Counted from the first letter of the stretch, positions 1-9,418 are shown. The stretch is 64,000 nt of DNA from Candidatus Woesearchaeota archaeon (GCA_016235495.1 JACRKH010000021.1:14725-78724), one strand, 5' to 3'. Numbers and translations: made by a program. Notes: a model not told the origin generated them from the letters alone.

Positions 1-1257
1 ACTGCTCTTCACTAAATCAACTTGTTCTTTATAGGAAAGCGCACTCAACTCCTGCATCTGTGCAGCATTCCATCCAGATTCTAGCAAAGGAGCAACATAC
101 TGAGAAATGCCTGGTCCATCCAATCTAAAATGAACGACTACTGCATCTTGCCCATCCCTATTTTCATAACTGAATAATTTTTCTTCCTTTTCTGTTTTTG
201 GAACGCTCAAAGGAACATCTGCATAAATAACATTTTTCTTAGAATCTTTTAATCCAGCATTGCTTGTATCAACATTATGAATTTTATCCCCGTTTGCTTC
301 AATCAAATCAACAACAAGATCATGCAAACCTCTAACCTGTTTTCCAGTCAACTTTCTATATTTTTTTAAAGCATCGGCCTGTTCAGAAGCAGACATACTT
401 TCGACATTATTTTCAGAGATAAATGCAGCAACAGAATACAAGCCCATACCGGAAAGAGGACTGACACTTGCTTGCCTTACAACCTCTTTCTGTTTGTCCT
501 CAGAAGGAACAAGAGGATAATGCACATTCACAGTATGTTGATCATTTTCAATAGGAAGATATGAAGTCAAATCCTTTTTCTCTTCCTCATCATGAACAAA
601 GAAAGCAGATGCCATATCTGGCCCTTGAGGGTAGAAGCGTTCAACCAATACAAAAGCACCTAAACCAATGGCTCCAACAGTGCCAACTCCATAAAGAAGA
701 TCTATCAAAGGCTTTTTCCAAGAATTTGGAGTTCCTCTGCGGCCGTGAAATGTGGGAATAGACTCCAAATGATGAGGGGCAGCTCTTGGAGAAGGAGCAC
801 CCATAAAAACATCTTTTATTCTTGAGCTGCTTTCTACCAGAACTTGTGTAGGAGGAAAAGAAACAATGTGCTGAGCATTATTACTATCACCTTCATGCGT
901 TTCAATATACTCAGGTACTGCCGTCTCGCGTACAGGAGGTAAAGGTTCTAATACCTCTAACTTCTCATCAGTCCCTACATGCGAATAAATCCCGAGATCA
1001 GTATCTCGTGCAGAGGGAACATCAAAAGGATCATGATCTGTTTTAGCTGTTTCAAGACTATTTGGTTTTGCACTCCCAGCAGGAGAATAACTCTCACCAC
1101 GCAAATTTACTTCAGCAGGATTTTCCCCACGAGCAGTAAGTTCAGCAACCATAGCATTTTCTTCATCCCTTCCAGTATCTCTTAGTTGATGTTTAGGATC
1201 AAGAGCTACCGGCCTTCTCCTAGGATAACTATGCACAACCATTGTTTTTTTTGCCAT
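1..1257 (-). CDS. Hypothetical membrane-anchored protein, partial (runs off the window start). The ATG is at 1257-1255 (reverse complement); one predicted TM helix (LIDLLYGVGTVGAIGLGAFVLV).
   Basis: I translated the minus strand by hand. It is open from 1257 to position 1 with no stop, which is why it is missing from the ORF track. No recognisable domain. Confidence 0.4.
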   Translation of the reverse strand, partial: MAKKTMVVHSYPRRRPVALDPKHQLRDTGRDEENAMVAELTARGENPAEVNLRGESYSPAGSAKPNSLETAKTDHDPFDVPSARDTDLGIYSHVGTDEKLEVLEPLPPVRETAVPEYIETHEGDSNNAQHIVSFPPTQVLVESSSRIKDVFMGAPSPRAAPHHLESIPTFHGRRGTPNSWKKPLIDLLYGVGTVGAIGLGAFVLVERFYPQGPDMASAFFVHDEEEKKDLTSYLPIENDQHTVNVHYPLVPSEDKQKEVVRQASVSPLSGMGLYSVAAFISENNVESMSASEQADALKKYRKLTGKQVRGLHDLVVDLIEANGDKIHNVDTSNAGLKDSKKNVIYADVPLSVPKTEKEEKLFSYENRDGQDAVVVHFRLDGPGISQYVAPLLESGWNAAQMQELSALSYKEQVDLVKSS

Positions 1258-1333
1258 TTTCTAATATTCGCACTCTTTCTACTAATTTATAAGTTTTTCC
1301 TTATTAAAATCTTATGCAGAAAAGAACAGAAAC

Positions 1334-1343
1334 CTATATAAAT
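1334..1343 (+). promoter_or_regulatory. Archaeal TATA box (ctatataaat) about 28 nt upstream of tRNA-Asn
   Basis: The sequence motif and its spacing to the tRNA 5' end. The same motif recurs upstream of the other stable-RNA genes. Confidence 0.5.
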
Positions 1344-1370
1344 TGCCCAAAACTTCTCTGCATTTAAGTC

Positions 1371-1473
1371 CCAGTAGCTCAGACTTTTTCAAAATGATGT
1401 GAAAAAGGAGTAACGGTGGAGCACGCGGCTGTTAACCGCGCGGTCGGCGGTTCGATCCCGTCCTGGGACGCTT
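1371..1473 (+). tRNA. tRNA-Asn (anticodon GTT) with a ~30-nt non-canonical intron in the D-loop (about 1388-1417). The mature tRNA is 73 nt and CCA is not encoded.
   Basis: Acceptor gtcccag/ctgggac, D-stem gctc/gagc, anticodon stem cgcgg/ccgcg with loop ctGTTaa, T-arm ggcgg-ttcgatc-ccgtc. The 30-nt insertion between agac and ggtg breaks the D-loop. Confidence 0.65.
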
Positions 1474-1508
1474 ATTTTTCTCTTCAGCACAAAAGAGGGT
1501 AGCAAAAA

Positions 1509-1518
1509 GTTTTATAAA
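1509..1518 (+). promoter_or_regulatory. Archaeal TATA box (gttttataaa) about 27 nt upstream of tRNA-Ile
   Basis: The sequence motif and spacing. Confidence 0.45.
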
Positions 1519-1544
1519 GGATTTAAAATTCCATAGTCCCTATA

Positions 1545-1619
1545 AGGACCCGTAGCTCAGCCTGGCTGGAGCACTCGACTGATAATCGAGAGGTCCTGCG
1601 TTCAAATCGCAGCGGGTCC
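1545..1619 (+). tRNA. tRNA-Ile (anticodon GAT), 75 nt, no intron
   Basis: Acceptor ggacccg/cgggtcc, anticodon stem ctcga/tcgag with loop ctGATaa, T-arm ctgcg-ttcaaat-cgcag, discriminator A. Confidence 0.85.
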
Positions 1620-1623
1620 ACTC

Positions 1624-3204
1624 TTACTCAAAAAACTCAGCATATAATTGTGAGATGACTCTTGTCAAATCACTCTCAGCAACACTGATAGTAACATTGC
1701 TTACTTCACAAGGAGGGCCATAGAGCAAGAGCCTATTTCTTCGCACAGAAATAGTATCTGATTTCAATCTTTCTTGAAGAAACCTACACATATCTTCAAT
1801 AGCTTTTCTATCTCTATGTAAGTGTGTACCAATAGACATAGAATCAATAGTAGTAGAAACTCCATGAATAGGAACCTGCATAGAATCAAAACATTCTGCA
1901 AGTTGGGTGGCAAAACCTTTCTCACTATTCATGCCAAATTTCTCAATATGATAAACAGTCATTTCAGTTGCAGCACCGCCAAGAATAGGGCCATAGGAAG
2001 AAGTAGCAACATGATCAACAACTTCTAGAATGCGTTTTCGCAAAGCATGAGAGTTACTTATTCCTTCACCAACAACAGAAATAAGAGCTTGATCATCTCT
2101 CGTTTCCTGCAGATTACATCTCAATCCAAGATCTTGTTCTAAAGCGTCTCTATCATTTTCTTTATTGTAATATTCCTTTTCTCTAACAGCAAGGGAGATA
2201 AAACCATTATTTGTTGCAATCATATCCAAAGAAATTCCTCTTCTTGAAAATATGTCAAAGATTTCCCTAAAATAAGAACTATCTTTAGGATCTCTTCTGC
2301 AGTTATAAACAACAAATCTTTCCTTATCACTAGAAGCAATTCCTACAATAGCTGGTAAGGTAACATCTCTTTCCGCAACGATGCGTGTTCCAGGATTATC
2401 TGGGGAAAATAGGGATCGTACAACAATAGGAATTTTTTCTCTTCTACACCAAGACATTGCCTCTTCTTGAAGAACTTGGTTTCCTCCATAGGAAAGCTCT
2501 CGTACTTCTCTATAAGTTAATTCCCCAATCTGCTTTGCGTGAGGAACAAACTTAGGATTTGTTGCAAGAATACCTCTTTCTGCTTTAAGATTTCCATACA
2601 CTTTTGCACATAAACTTGCAGCAACAACATCCGCACTAAGATCAGAACCCCCGCTGGGAAGCGTAAGGGTTTGGCCTTGAATACTATTCCCATAAAATCC
2701 CCCCATAACAAAGACATCACAGTTCTCTAAAGAAAAAGGCTCAGTAAAAACATGTCGTACTTTGTTTACTCCTAAAGGTGAATCAATCTGAAGAACTCCT
2801 CTTGCATCAAGCCACTCTGCACGCATACCTTTTGAGTGAAGATAAGTCGCAAACAATTGTGCTTGAAAATGTTCTCCCAGGTAAAGATACTCATCGTCAC
2901 TTCGTGCAAGAGAGAGTGCATTTTCAAATTCTCTCACATCAAAAGAAATCCCTAAAGGCTCAGCAATAGCAGTATACATATCTATAATTCTCTGTTCAGT
3001 ATGTTCACCTCTTGCTCTTCTTCGCAGAAGTTCAGTGACACGAAGATCTTCTTTTGGTTCACCAGAATATGCAGGAGCAGAGACAACAGCAACAGTTTGG
3101 TAGCCCTTTGCAACTCTATCTTCCAAGAAATTTCCTAGCTGTACATAACCTTCTGCAGTTCCGCTGGAAACACCCCCAGATTTATACACTTCAATGTCTC
3201 GCAT
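1624..3204 (-). CDS. lysC: Aspartate kinase-like amino-acid kinase with C-terminal ACT domains
   Basis: Motifs VYKSGGVSSG (compare KFGGTSV), VVVSA, GGSDLSADVVAASL, GILATNP and LTYREVRELSYGGNQVL. The C-terminus has ISVVGEGI ACT-like repeats. It overlaps the upstream DAP-decarboxylase gene by 14 nt. Confidence 0.55.
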   Translation of the reverse strand: MRDIEVYKSGGVSSGTAEGYVQLGNFLEDRVAKGYQTVAVVSAPAYSGEPKEDLRVTELLRRRARGEHTEQRIIDMYTAIAEPLGISFDVREFENALSLARSDDEYLYLGEHFQAQLFATYLHSKGMRAEWLDARGVLQIDSPLGVNKVRHVFTEPFSLENCDVFVMGGFYGNSIQGQTLTLPSGGSDLSADVVAASLCAKVYGNLKAERGILATNPKFVPHAKQIGELTYREVRELSYGGNQVLQEEAMSWCRREKIPIVVRSLFSPDNPGTRIVAERDVTLPAIVGIASSDKERFVVYNCRRDPKDSSYFREIFDIFSRRGISLDMIATNNGFISLAVREKEYYNKENDRDALEQDLGLRCNLQETRDDQALISVVGEGISNSHALRKRILEVVDHVATSSYGPILGGAATEMTVYHIEKFGMNSEKGFATQLAECFDSMQVPIHGVSTTIDSMSIGTHLHRDRKAIEDMCRFLQERLKSDTISVRRNRLLLYGPPCEVSNVTISVAESDLTRVISQLYAEFFE

Positions 3205-4378
3205 ATCGTATCAAATCCTCTGTTGTTTCTCTTTTTCTAATGATAGTATGAATTCCATGAGAGACCATAACTTCTGCTGGCTTTGGCTGTCCATTAAATT
3301 GTGAAGCCATTGCAAAACCATACGCCCCTGCAACTTGTATAGCAAGAATATCTCCTTCATGAACGACAGGCATGTCTCTATCTCTTGCAAAACAATCTGT
3401 GCTTTCGCAAATAGGACCAACAATACTATACTTTTCAGTGAATAATGCAGAAGGATTATTCGCAAGGACAATAGGATGATACGCGCCATACAATGCAGGT
3501 CGAATTAAAGTAGTCATCCCAGCATCAACTCCCACAAATTTCCCTTTCATTGTAGTCACGGTCGTGAGCAAAGTTCCAGCTTCAGCAACAAAATATCTTC
3601 CAGGTTCCATCACGAGATTTGCAGGATACGTAAACACCCTCTTAATGCGCTCAGAAACACTTTTCATATCCAATGCTCTTTCATGTGCTTCATACGGAAC
3701 ACCAAAGCCTCCACCAATATCAATAAACTCAAATTCTATCCCCACTTTATTTCCAATGCGTACAGCAATATCTTGTATAGCTTTTGTCATTTCTTCAAAA
3801 TAAGCTTCATTCATCACACAAGAGCCAGTCATCATATGAATGCCAAAATGAACAATACCATTTTCCTTTGCAAGTCTATATGCTTCAGCAGCTCTTTCTT
3901 CAGTCATGCCAAATTTTGAATCTTCCCCAGCACAGACAATGCCTGGAAATTTTCCTTCTCCAAAACCAGGGTTTACTCTAAAACTAATTTTTCTTGGCAG
4001 ACCAATTTTTTGTAATCTTCTAAAGATAGAAAGATCATCTAGATTGAGAATAATCCCGCTCTCTAAAGCTTTTTTAAGGTCATCATTGCTGGGATTCACT
4101 GCACTATAAATTGACTTCTTCATATCAAAGCCTGCAAGCTCTGCAATTTCTATTTCTGCTTTGGAAGAACAGTCGGCACCTAGCCCCTGTTGTACAACAA
4201 GTTGAAGAATATGTAAATTAGAATTTGCTTTGATAGCATAGCAAATCTTAGCCTGTGGAAAAGCTTCTTTCAGCTCTTGTACACGGCGAAGAATAATTTG
4301 TTTATCATAAACATACAAAGGAGTGCCATATTCTTTTGCCAAATAAACTGCGGAGAGTCCTCCTATCTGTAGTTCCAT
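3191..4378 (-). CDS. lysA: Diaminopimelate decarboxylase-like PLP-dependent (fold type III) decarboxylase
   Basis: It has the YAIKAN PLP-lysine motif, a GGGFG motif and an Orn/DAP/Arg decarboxylase family-2 architecture of about 395 aa. Confidence 0.6.
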   Translation of the reverse strand: MELQIGGLSAVYLAKEYGTPLYVYDKQIILRRVQELKEAFPQAKICYAIKANSNLHILQLVVQQGLGADCSSKAEIEIAELAGFDMKKSIYSAVNPSNDDLKKALESGIILNLDDLSIFRRLQKIGLPRKISFRVNPGFGEGKFPGIVCAGEDSKFGMTEERAAEAYRLAKENGIVHFGIHMMTGSCVMNEAYFEEMTKAIQDIAVRIGNKVGIEFEFIDIGGGFGVPYEAHERALDMKSVSERIKRVFTYPANLVMEPGRYFVAEAGTLLTTVTTMKGKFVGVDAGMTTLIRPALYGAYHPIVLANNPSALFTEKYSIVGPICESTDCFARDRDMPVVHEGDILAIQVAGAYGFAMASQFNGQPKPAEVMVSHGIHTIIRKRETTEDLIRYARH

Positions 4379-4413
4379 AGACTCTCAGAAAATAAAATGA
4401 AATTTAAAAAGTT

Positions 4414-6294
4414 TTAGGAAATGCGGGCACCTAGTTCAATATCCTTTTCTGGAGCAAGAAGTACAACTTTTCCATTCGAAGATGCTGCAAGAAGCATACC
4501 TTTACTTTCCACATCTCTGATAATACTTGGCTGCAGGTTTGTAAACACAATAACATTCTTGTGAAGCAATTCCTTTGGATTGTAATGCTGCCGCAGACCC
4601 GCAACAACCTGCCTCTTTTCTGCTCCCAAGTCGACTTGTAAAACATACAATCTATCTGCATTAGGATGTGCATCAACTTTGACAATCTTTCCAACTTGAA
4701 GTTTCATCTTTTCCCAATCTTTGAAGGAAACAATTCCCATCTCAGAGACAGCTTCTCTTGGAGCTTGCTTCATAGGAAGCGTTTCTTTTTTTACAATAGC
4801 TTTTGTAGGCATTTTTTCTTCCTCCACTCGTGTAAATAAATATCCGACTTTCTGAAGAGTATTATTCCCTAATAATCCAAATTTCAATTCTTTGAAGCTC
4901 TCTTTCTTTTTCATACCTAAAGATGTTTGTATTTTACCGGCAGTCTCCGGCATGAAAGGCTCAATCAAAAGAGAAATCAAACGCAGAGAATCTGCAAGAT
5001 TATACAAAACAATATCTAACTTCTGAGTTTCATTCTTCTTTGCCAGTTCCCAAGGCTGCGTATCATTGATATATTTGTTGCAAATATTTACAAACTTCCA
5101 AATCTCTGCTAAAGCATCATGAAAAGCATACGTATTCATAGAAGCATTTATTTTTTTGAGATTCAATTTCTTACTCAGCACATTTTTATTCACTTGTTTT
5201 ATTTTACCTCTCTGATATTTTTCAATCATGGAAAGCGTTCGTGCATGAAGATTGCTTAGGTCATTCACCAATTCCCCATTGTGCCTCTCGTGCAAAGCCT
5301 TCATAGAAAAAGAGCCATCACTCCCGAAAGGAATTTCTCTTGCGAGAAAATAACGAACACTATCTACAGGGTATTTTTTACAGACTTCCATAGGGTCAAT
5401 AACATTGCTTAAAGACTTGGACATCTTCAAACCACCTTCACCCTGAATAAAGCCATGCACCAATAATCTCTTTGGCGGTTTAATCCCAGCAGAAAAAAGC
5501 ATAGACAGCCAGATGACACTGTGATGCCATAGAATGTCATGCGCAATCATATGCACATCTGCAGGCCAGAACTTCGCATTCTTTCCTTGTGCTGCAGAAG
5601 TATAGTTCAGCAATGCATCAAACCAAACATATGCCCTATGTTGTTTATCAAAAGGAAGCGGAACACCCCAGGTGATATTCTTTCGAGAAATAGAAAGGTC
5701 AGTAATACCTCCCTTCATTCTTCCAAGTAAAAAATCCTGTCTAGATTTAGGAAGAATATAATTCTGTTTTTGGATATATTCTTTTACTTTCTTTTCATAC
5801 TTGGACATCTTGAAGAAATATCCTTCTTCTTCCATCCAAATTGTTGCTTTTCCATGCAAAGGGCATTTTCCATCCTTCAAATCTTTTTCAGTATAGTATG
5901 TTTCACAATCAACACAATACCAGCCTTTATATTTCCCTTTGTAAATGTCTCCCTTGTCATAAACAATCTTCAGTATCTTCTGACAGAACTTTTCATGACT
6001 CTTATCTGTCGTCCGAATAAAAATAGTATGAGATAATTCATACTTCTGTGCAAGCTCAAGAAATAACTTTGAAACTTTATCAACATAAGCCTGCGGACTC
6101 AAGCCTGCAAGAGTAGCAGCTTTCTCCACTTTTTGTCCATGCTCATCTGTGCCTGTGCTAAAAAAGACTTCTTCACCTGCAAGCCTATGCCATCTCGCAA
6201 GAATATCAGAAAGAACACCTGTGTAACAATGTCCCATGTGAGGCTTGCCCGTGGGATAATAAATGGGAGTGGTAATGTAAAACTTTTTACTCAT
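4414..6294 (-). CDS. metG: Methionyl-tRNA synthetase with a Zn knuckle and a C-terminal EMAP/tRNA-binding domain
   Basis: HMGH (HIGH-type) motif, KMSKS, CxxC...CPLHG knuckle, and a C-terminal KVDAHPNADRLYVLQVDLG OB-fold. Confidence 0.9.
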   Translation of the reverse strand: MSKKFYITTPIYYPTGKPHMGHCYTGVLSDILARWHRLAGEEVFFSTGTDEHGQKVEKAATLAGLSPQAYVDKVSKLFLELAQKYELSHTIFIRTTDKSHEKFCQKILKIVYDKGDIYKGKYKGWYCVDCETYYTEKDLKDGKCPLHGKATIWMEEEGYFFKMSKYEKKVKEYIQKQNYILPKSRQDFLLGRMKGGITDLSISRKNITWGVPLPFDKQHRAYVWFDALLNYTSAAQGKNAKFWPADVHMIAHDILWHHSVIWLSMLFSAGIKPPKRLLVHGFIQGEGGLKMSKSLSNVIDPMEVCKKYPVDSVRYFLAREIPFGSDGSFSMKALHERHNGELVNDLSNLHARTLSMIEKYQRGKIKQVNKNVLSKKLNLKKINASMNTYAFHDALAEIWKFVNICNKYINDTQPWELAKKNETQKLDIVLYNLADSLRLISLLIEPFMPETAGKIQTSLGMKKKESFKELKFGLLGNNTLQKVGYLFTRVEEEKMPTKAIVKKETLPMKQAPREAVSEMGIVSFKDWEKMKLQVGKIVKVDAHPNADRLYVLQVDLGAEKRQVVAGLRQHYNPKELLHKNVIVFTNLQPSIIRDVESKGMLLAASSNGKVVLLAPEKDIELGARIS

Positions 6295-6329
6295 GAGTTC
6301 AGAGAGGGAACGCTCTCTTATATACCTTA

Positions 6330-6740
6330 CTAAATGCCAAAATTCTCATTCAAGAAATGAAGCATATTCTGATCTTTAAGGACAGCAAAGAGAATTTTCG
6401 CCTCCTCATAATGTCCAGCATTCATACACTCATGAGCGCAGGCACGTATTCGCTGCTCATCCCTTGTCCATTTATAGAAATAAGAAGCATCTTTGAACCT
6501 TCCTTGACGGCACAAATAATCTCCAGCCTCAAACAATTCTTTTTCATTGCCTGCAAGTCCAAAAGCTTTTCCAGACTCTTCAACTCTTCCTTCCTTGAAC
6601 AGAAGCATGCCTGTTTCTGCCAGCACTTCTGCACGGATATTTGCTGGAACAGCAACGCTATCCACACCCTTTTCCATAAGCATTCGAGTAATAGCTGGAT
6701 ACCCCATACACAAACAAAGAAATCTACCCCTTAAAAGCAT
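6330..6740 (-). CDS. Hypothetical protein. The start is uncertain: the ORF-track start at 6830 would overlap the divergent gene, so an internal Met was chosen.
   Basis: Only an open frame; no recognised domain. Confidence 0.25.
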   Translation of the reverse strand: MLLRGRFLCLCMGYPAITRMLMEKGVDSVAVPANIRAEVLAETGMLLFKEGRVEESGKAFGLAGNEKELFEAGDYLCRQGRFKDASYFYKWTRDEQRIRACAHECMNAGHYEEAKILFAVLKDQNMLHFLNENFGI

Positions 6741-6784
6741 TGTTGCACTTGAAGATAAGTTTATAAAAGCCAGTTTTCCTTTCT

Positions 6785-7612
6785 TTGAACATGGAAGATG
6801 TAGAGAAACTAAGCCAAAAATTAGATACAAAGCTCAGAAAACTCTGCAGGCATGAATATATTCATATCACAGACCGTGGAAATTCAGCAATCTTCATCGC
6901 GATGCACATTGCAAAGAAAATGAACCCACGCCCAGACATTCTTATTCCAGACCAAGGTGGTTGGTTTTCCTACAAGGGCTATCCTCCCTTTTTTAATTTA
7001 AATGTGGTAGAAGTAAAAACAGATTATGGGATTATAGACTTAAAAGATTTGAGAAAGAAAGCAAAAACAGCTTCAGCAATTATTCTTACTTCCTTTGCAG
7101 GTTACTTTGCAGAACAGCCTTTAAGAAAAATAAAAACTGTCTGTAAAAAAGTAGGCTGCTTAGTGATTGAAGACGCAACAGGTGCAATTGGGGATAGTAA
7201 ACTCTGCAATGGAAAATACTCTGATATTATTGTAGGCAGTTTTGGGAAATGGAAGCCAGTAGAATGTGGATATGGGGGCTGGATTTCTATGAACAGCAAA
7301 GAATTCTTTGATTCAGCACGAGAGTCACTCTCCATTACAAAAGTACATCCAAGATTTTACAAGGAAATAGAAAAACCTCTGAGAAAAAACAAACTTAAAA
7401 AACTCCTTGCACTCGCAAACAAAGTTAAAGAAGATTTATCTGGGTTTGAAATTCTTCACAAAGAGAAGAGAGGAATTAATGTAGTAGTAAAATTTGATCC
7501 AAAAATATTACAATACTGTCAGGAAAAATCATACCCTTATGTTCTCTGCCCAAATTATATTCGTGTGAATGAACGTGCAATTTCTATTGAACTAAAACGA
7601 CTAAATTTATAA
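6785..7612 (+). CDS. Short PLP-dependent fold-type-I enzyme (DegT/aminotransferase or desulfurase-like), 275 aa
   Basis: SFGKWKPVECGYGG resembles the SFHxxK...GEGG PLP-lysine region of DegT/DnrJ. The N-terminus has a small-domain-like pattern. It is shorter than canonical family members. Confidence 0.35.
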   Translation: MNMEDVEKLSQKLDTKLRKLCRHEYIHITDRGNSAIFIAMHIAKKMNPRPDILIPDQGGWFSYKGYPPFFNLNVVEVKTDYGIIDLKDLRKKAKTASAIILTSFAGYFAEQPLRKIKTVCKKVGCLVIEDATGAIGDSKLCNGKYSDIIVGSFGKWKPVECGYGGWISMNSKEFFDSARESLSITKVHPRFYKEIEKPLRKNKLKKLLALANKVKEDLSGFEILHKEKRGINVVVKFDPKILQYCQEKSYPYVLCPNYIRVNERAISIELKRLNL

Positions 7613-7638
7613 ATTCTGAATGCTCGCTACACACTACA

Positions 7639-8346
7639 ATGAATTTCATAAAGAAAATTGCAGAGCATAAATATGATGAATGGGTGAAAAAACAATTTAC
7701 TCGATATGGGCGTGGAACATATGAAGGAAAAGCTGTAGTGCAGATCACAAAAGGAACTGCATACAAAATTAACACCAGCTTTGAATTTGCAGGAGAACTC
7801 GCATACCAACTCGCAAATACAATATCCGGAAAAACACATGTGACTGGTGGAATGATTACCTCACAAAAGATAACCAATGAAGCCGGTTTTGAATTTGCAG
7901 GAATGAAACAATTCGCAGGAGTAAAGACCTATCTTATTGACACAGATTTAACAAAACAACAAATTCATTCTTTATTTGAAAAGTTTCCTACAACACTTAT
8001 TTTTCTTTCTTTCAAGACAGATGCAGGGGAAATAAAAACAAAAGTAAAAAATCCTAAATCTACAAAACCAGGAAATAAGGAAACAGAAGAGGAGCCAAAG
8101 GCAGACTTCTGTACATTCAAGACAAAAGATAAAGCTATAATTGATGATTTCACTTTTGACATAAAGAAAGATTTCACAAAACTTTCCCTAGTTCATACTT
8201 TTATTATTGAAGATTTAATAATACCTGGCCAATATAAAAATGATTTTGTTGCCGCTCGTCTCCACGCTATGAGAAAAGGAAACTTAATAAGGGAGATTAC
8301 CCTAGATGGAGAGAAGTCCGTAAAGGAATACAAGCTGGAGGCCTAA
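7639..8346 (+). CDS. Hypothetical protein with an internal FEFAG repeat, 235 aa
   Basis: An open frame with good coding periodicity. It contains the repeated FEFAGELAYQ / FEFAGMKQFAG segments and has no known domain. Confidence 0.4.
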   Translation: MNFIKKIAEHKYDEWVKKQFTRYGRGTYEGKAVVQITKGTAYKINTSFEFAGELAYQLANTISGKTHVTGGMITSQKITNEAGFEFAGMKQFAGVKTYLIDTDLTKQQIHSLFEKFPTTLIFLSFKTDAGEIKTKVKNPKSTKPGNKETEEEPKADFCTFKTKDKAIIDDFTFDIKKDFTKLSLVHTFIIEDLIIPGQYKNDFVAARLHAMRKGNLIREITLDGEKSVKEYKLEA

Positions 8347-8347
8347 T

Positions 8348-8593
8348 GTGGACCTGTGGAACATGGTAAAAAGGGTGATAAAAGCGGTATATGTGTTAGT
8401 TATAGCCCTACTTGAATCGCTGACAGTTTCCTTCTACAAAAATGTCAAGAAGCGCTACGAGAAGCCGAATAATGAATACAGAGAGATTAATGTTCCTAAA
8501 GGCTATAAAGACAAAAAACTCGAGCCAGAATACAAGGACATGTCTGCAAATGGAGAATTCTCAGATTTCAGTGGCTTGCCTGGGTTTAAGTAG
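8348..8593 (+). CDS. Small single-TM membrane protein, 81 aa
   Basis: It has an N-terminal hydrophobic helix (VKRVIKAVYVLVIALLESLTVSF). Its start lies 2 nt after the upstream gene's stop. Confidence 0.3.
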   Translation: MDLWNMVKRVIKAVYVLVIALLESLTVSFYKNVKKRYEKPNNEYREINVPKGYKDKKLEPEYKDMSANGEFSDFSGLPGFK

Positions 8594-8653
8594 TCATTTA
8601 CAAGTAGTAATGAGATAGGAAAGTATATAAAGAGAAAGAAAAGCTATCTCTAG

Positions 8654-9418
8654 ATGAAAGTCGATAAATCTATTCTAAGGGAAATTGATAGGAAGCTTGG
8701 GTACATTAAAGAGAAAGAAGGTTCTGCCTATTTTAATTTAGCCTTTAATAGAAGAAGACAGTTTCTCCGTGCACTTGCAAACTTTCATTCTTCTGCAATA
8801 GAACATCCTGTAGAATCAAGTCTTAGCCTCAAAAAAGGGAGAAGATCACATGAAGCAAGAAAAATCAAAGAAGCAGCAAAAGTTATTCAAAGCGCTTGGC
8901 TTGCTTCAATGAGTTACACAGATATTTTTAATCCAGATATGGTAAAGGCAATGAATTACATGATTCAAAATAACACTCCAAATCCTCCAAAGAACAAATT
9001 AGGTGCTTTCCGTCAGGCAAGAGTAACCTTAGGCTTAAATTTTACCCCTCCTAATTATGTCAAAATACCAGAACTGATGGATTCACTCTATAGAAGAATT
9101 CAAACACAATACGAAGGTGCTGCTCATCCTATTGAAGCATCAATTGAAGCACACTTTGGTATTGCAACAATCCAACCTTTTGGAGATGGAAATAAAAGAA
9201 CTGCTCGTCTGTATCAAGCAAGAATCCTTGATTCAAAAGCTCTCCCCATTCCATACATTCCAGTAGGAGAAAGACTTTTTTACCTTAAACTATTGGAAGA
9301 AGCAGGTTACGCAGCATCAGTACATAAAGATAGAGCCTCTACAGAAGAAACGAACTTCGCGAATTACCTTGCTTCTAGAGTCAATGTTTCTCTAGAATTT
9401 ATTTTGGGAAGAAAATAA
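8654..9418 (+). CDS. Fic/Doc family protein with a non-canonical motif QPFGDGNKRTAR (His replaced by Gln; the NKR is Doc-like)
   Basis: The motif at aa 174-185 (nt 9173-9208) matches HxFx(D/N)GNKR of Doc apart from the CAA (Gln) codon in place of His. Its position in the protein fits a Fic fold. Confidence 0.55.
   Translation: MKVDKSILREIDRKLGYIKEKEGSAYFNLAFNRRRQFLRALANFHSSAIEHPVESSLSLKKGRRSHEARKIKEAAKVIQSAWLASMSYTDIFNPDMVKAMNYMIQNNTPNPPKNKLGAFRQARVTLGLNFTPPNYVKIPELMDSLYRRIQTQYEGAAHPIEASIEAHFGIATIQPFGDGNKRTARLYQARILDSKALPIPYIPVGERLFYLKLLEEAGYAASVHKDRASTEETNFANYLASRVNVSLEFILGRK

Noticed and set aside
6741-6830. The track start of ORF 6330-6830 at 6830
   Set aside because: It would overlap the divergent PLP-enzyme gene by 46 nt. 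Internal Met codons at 6740 or 6707 give a more plausible start, and the gene itself is only weakly supported.
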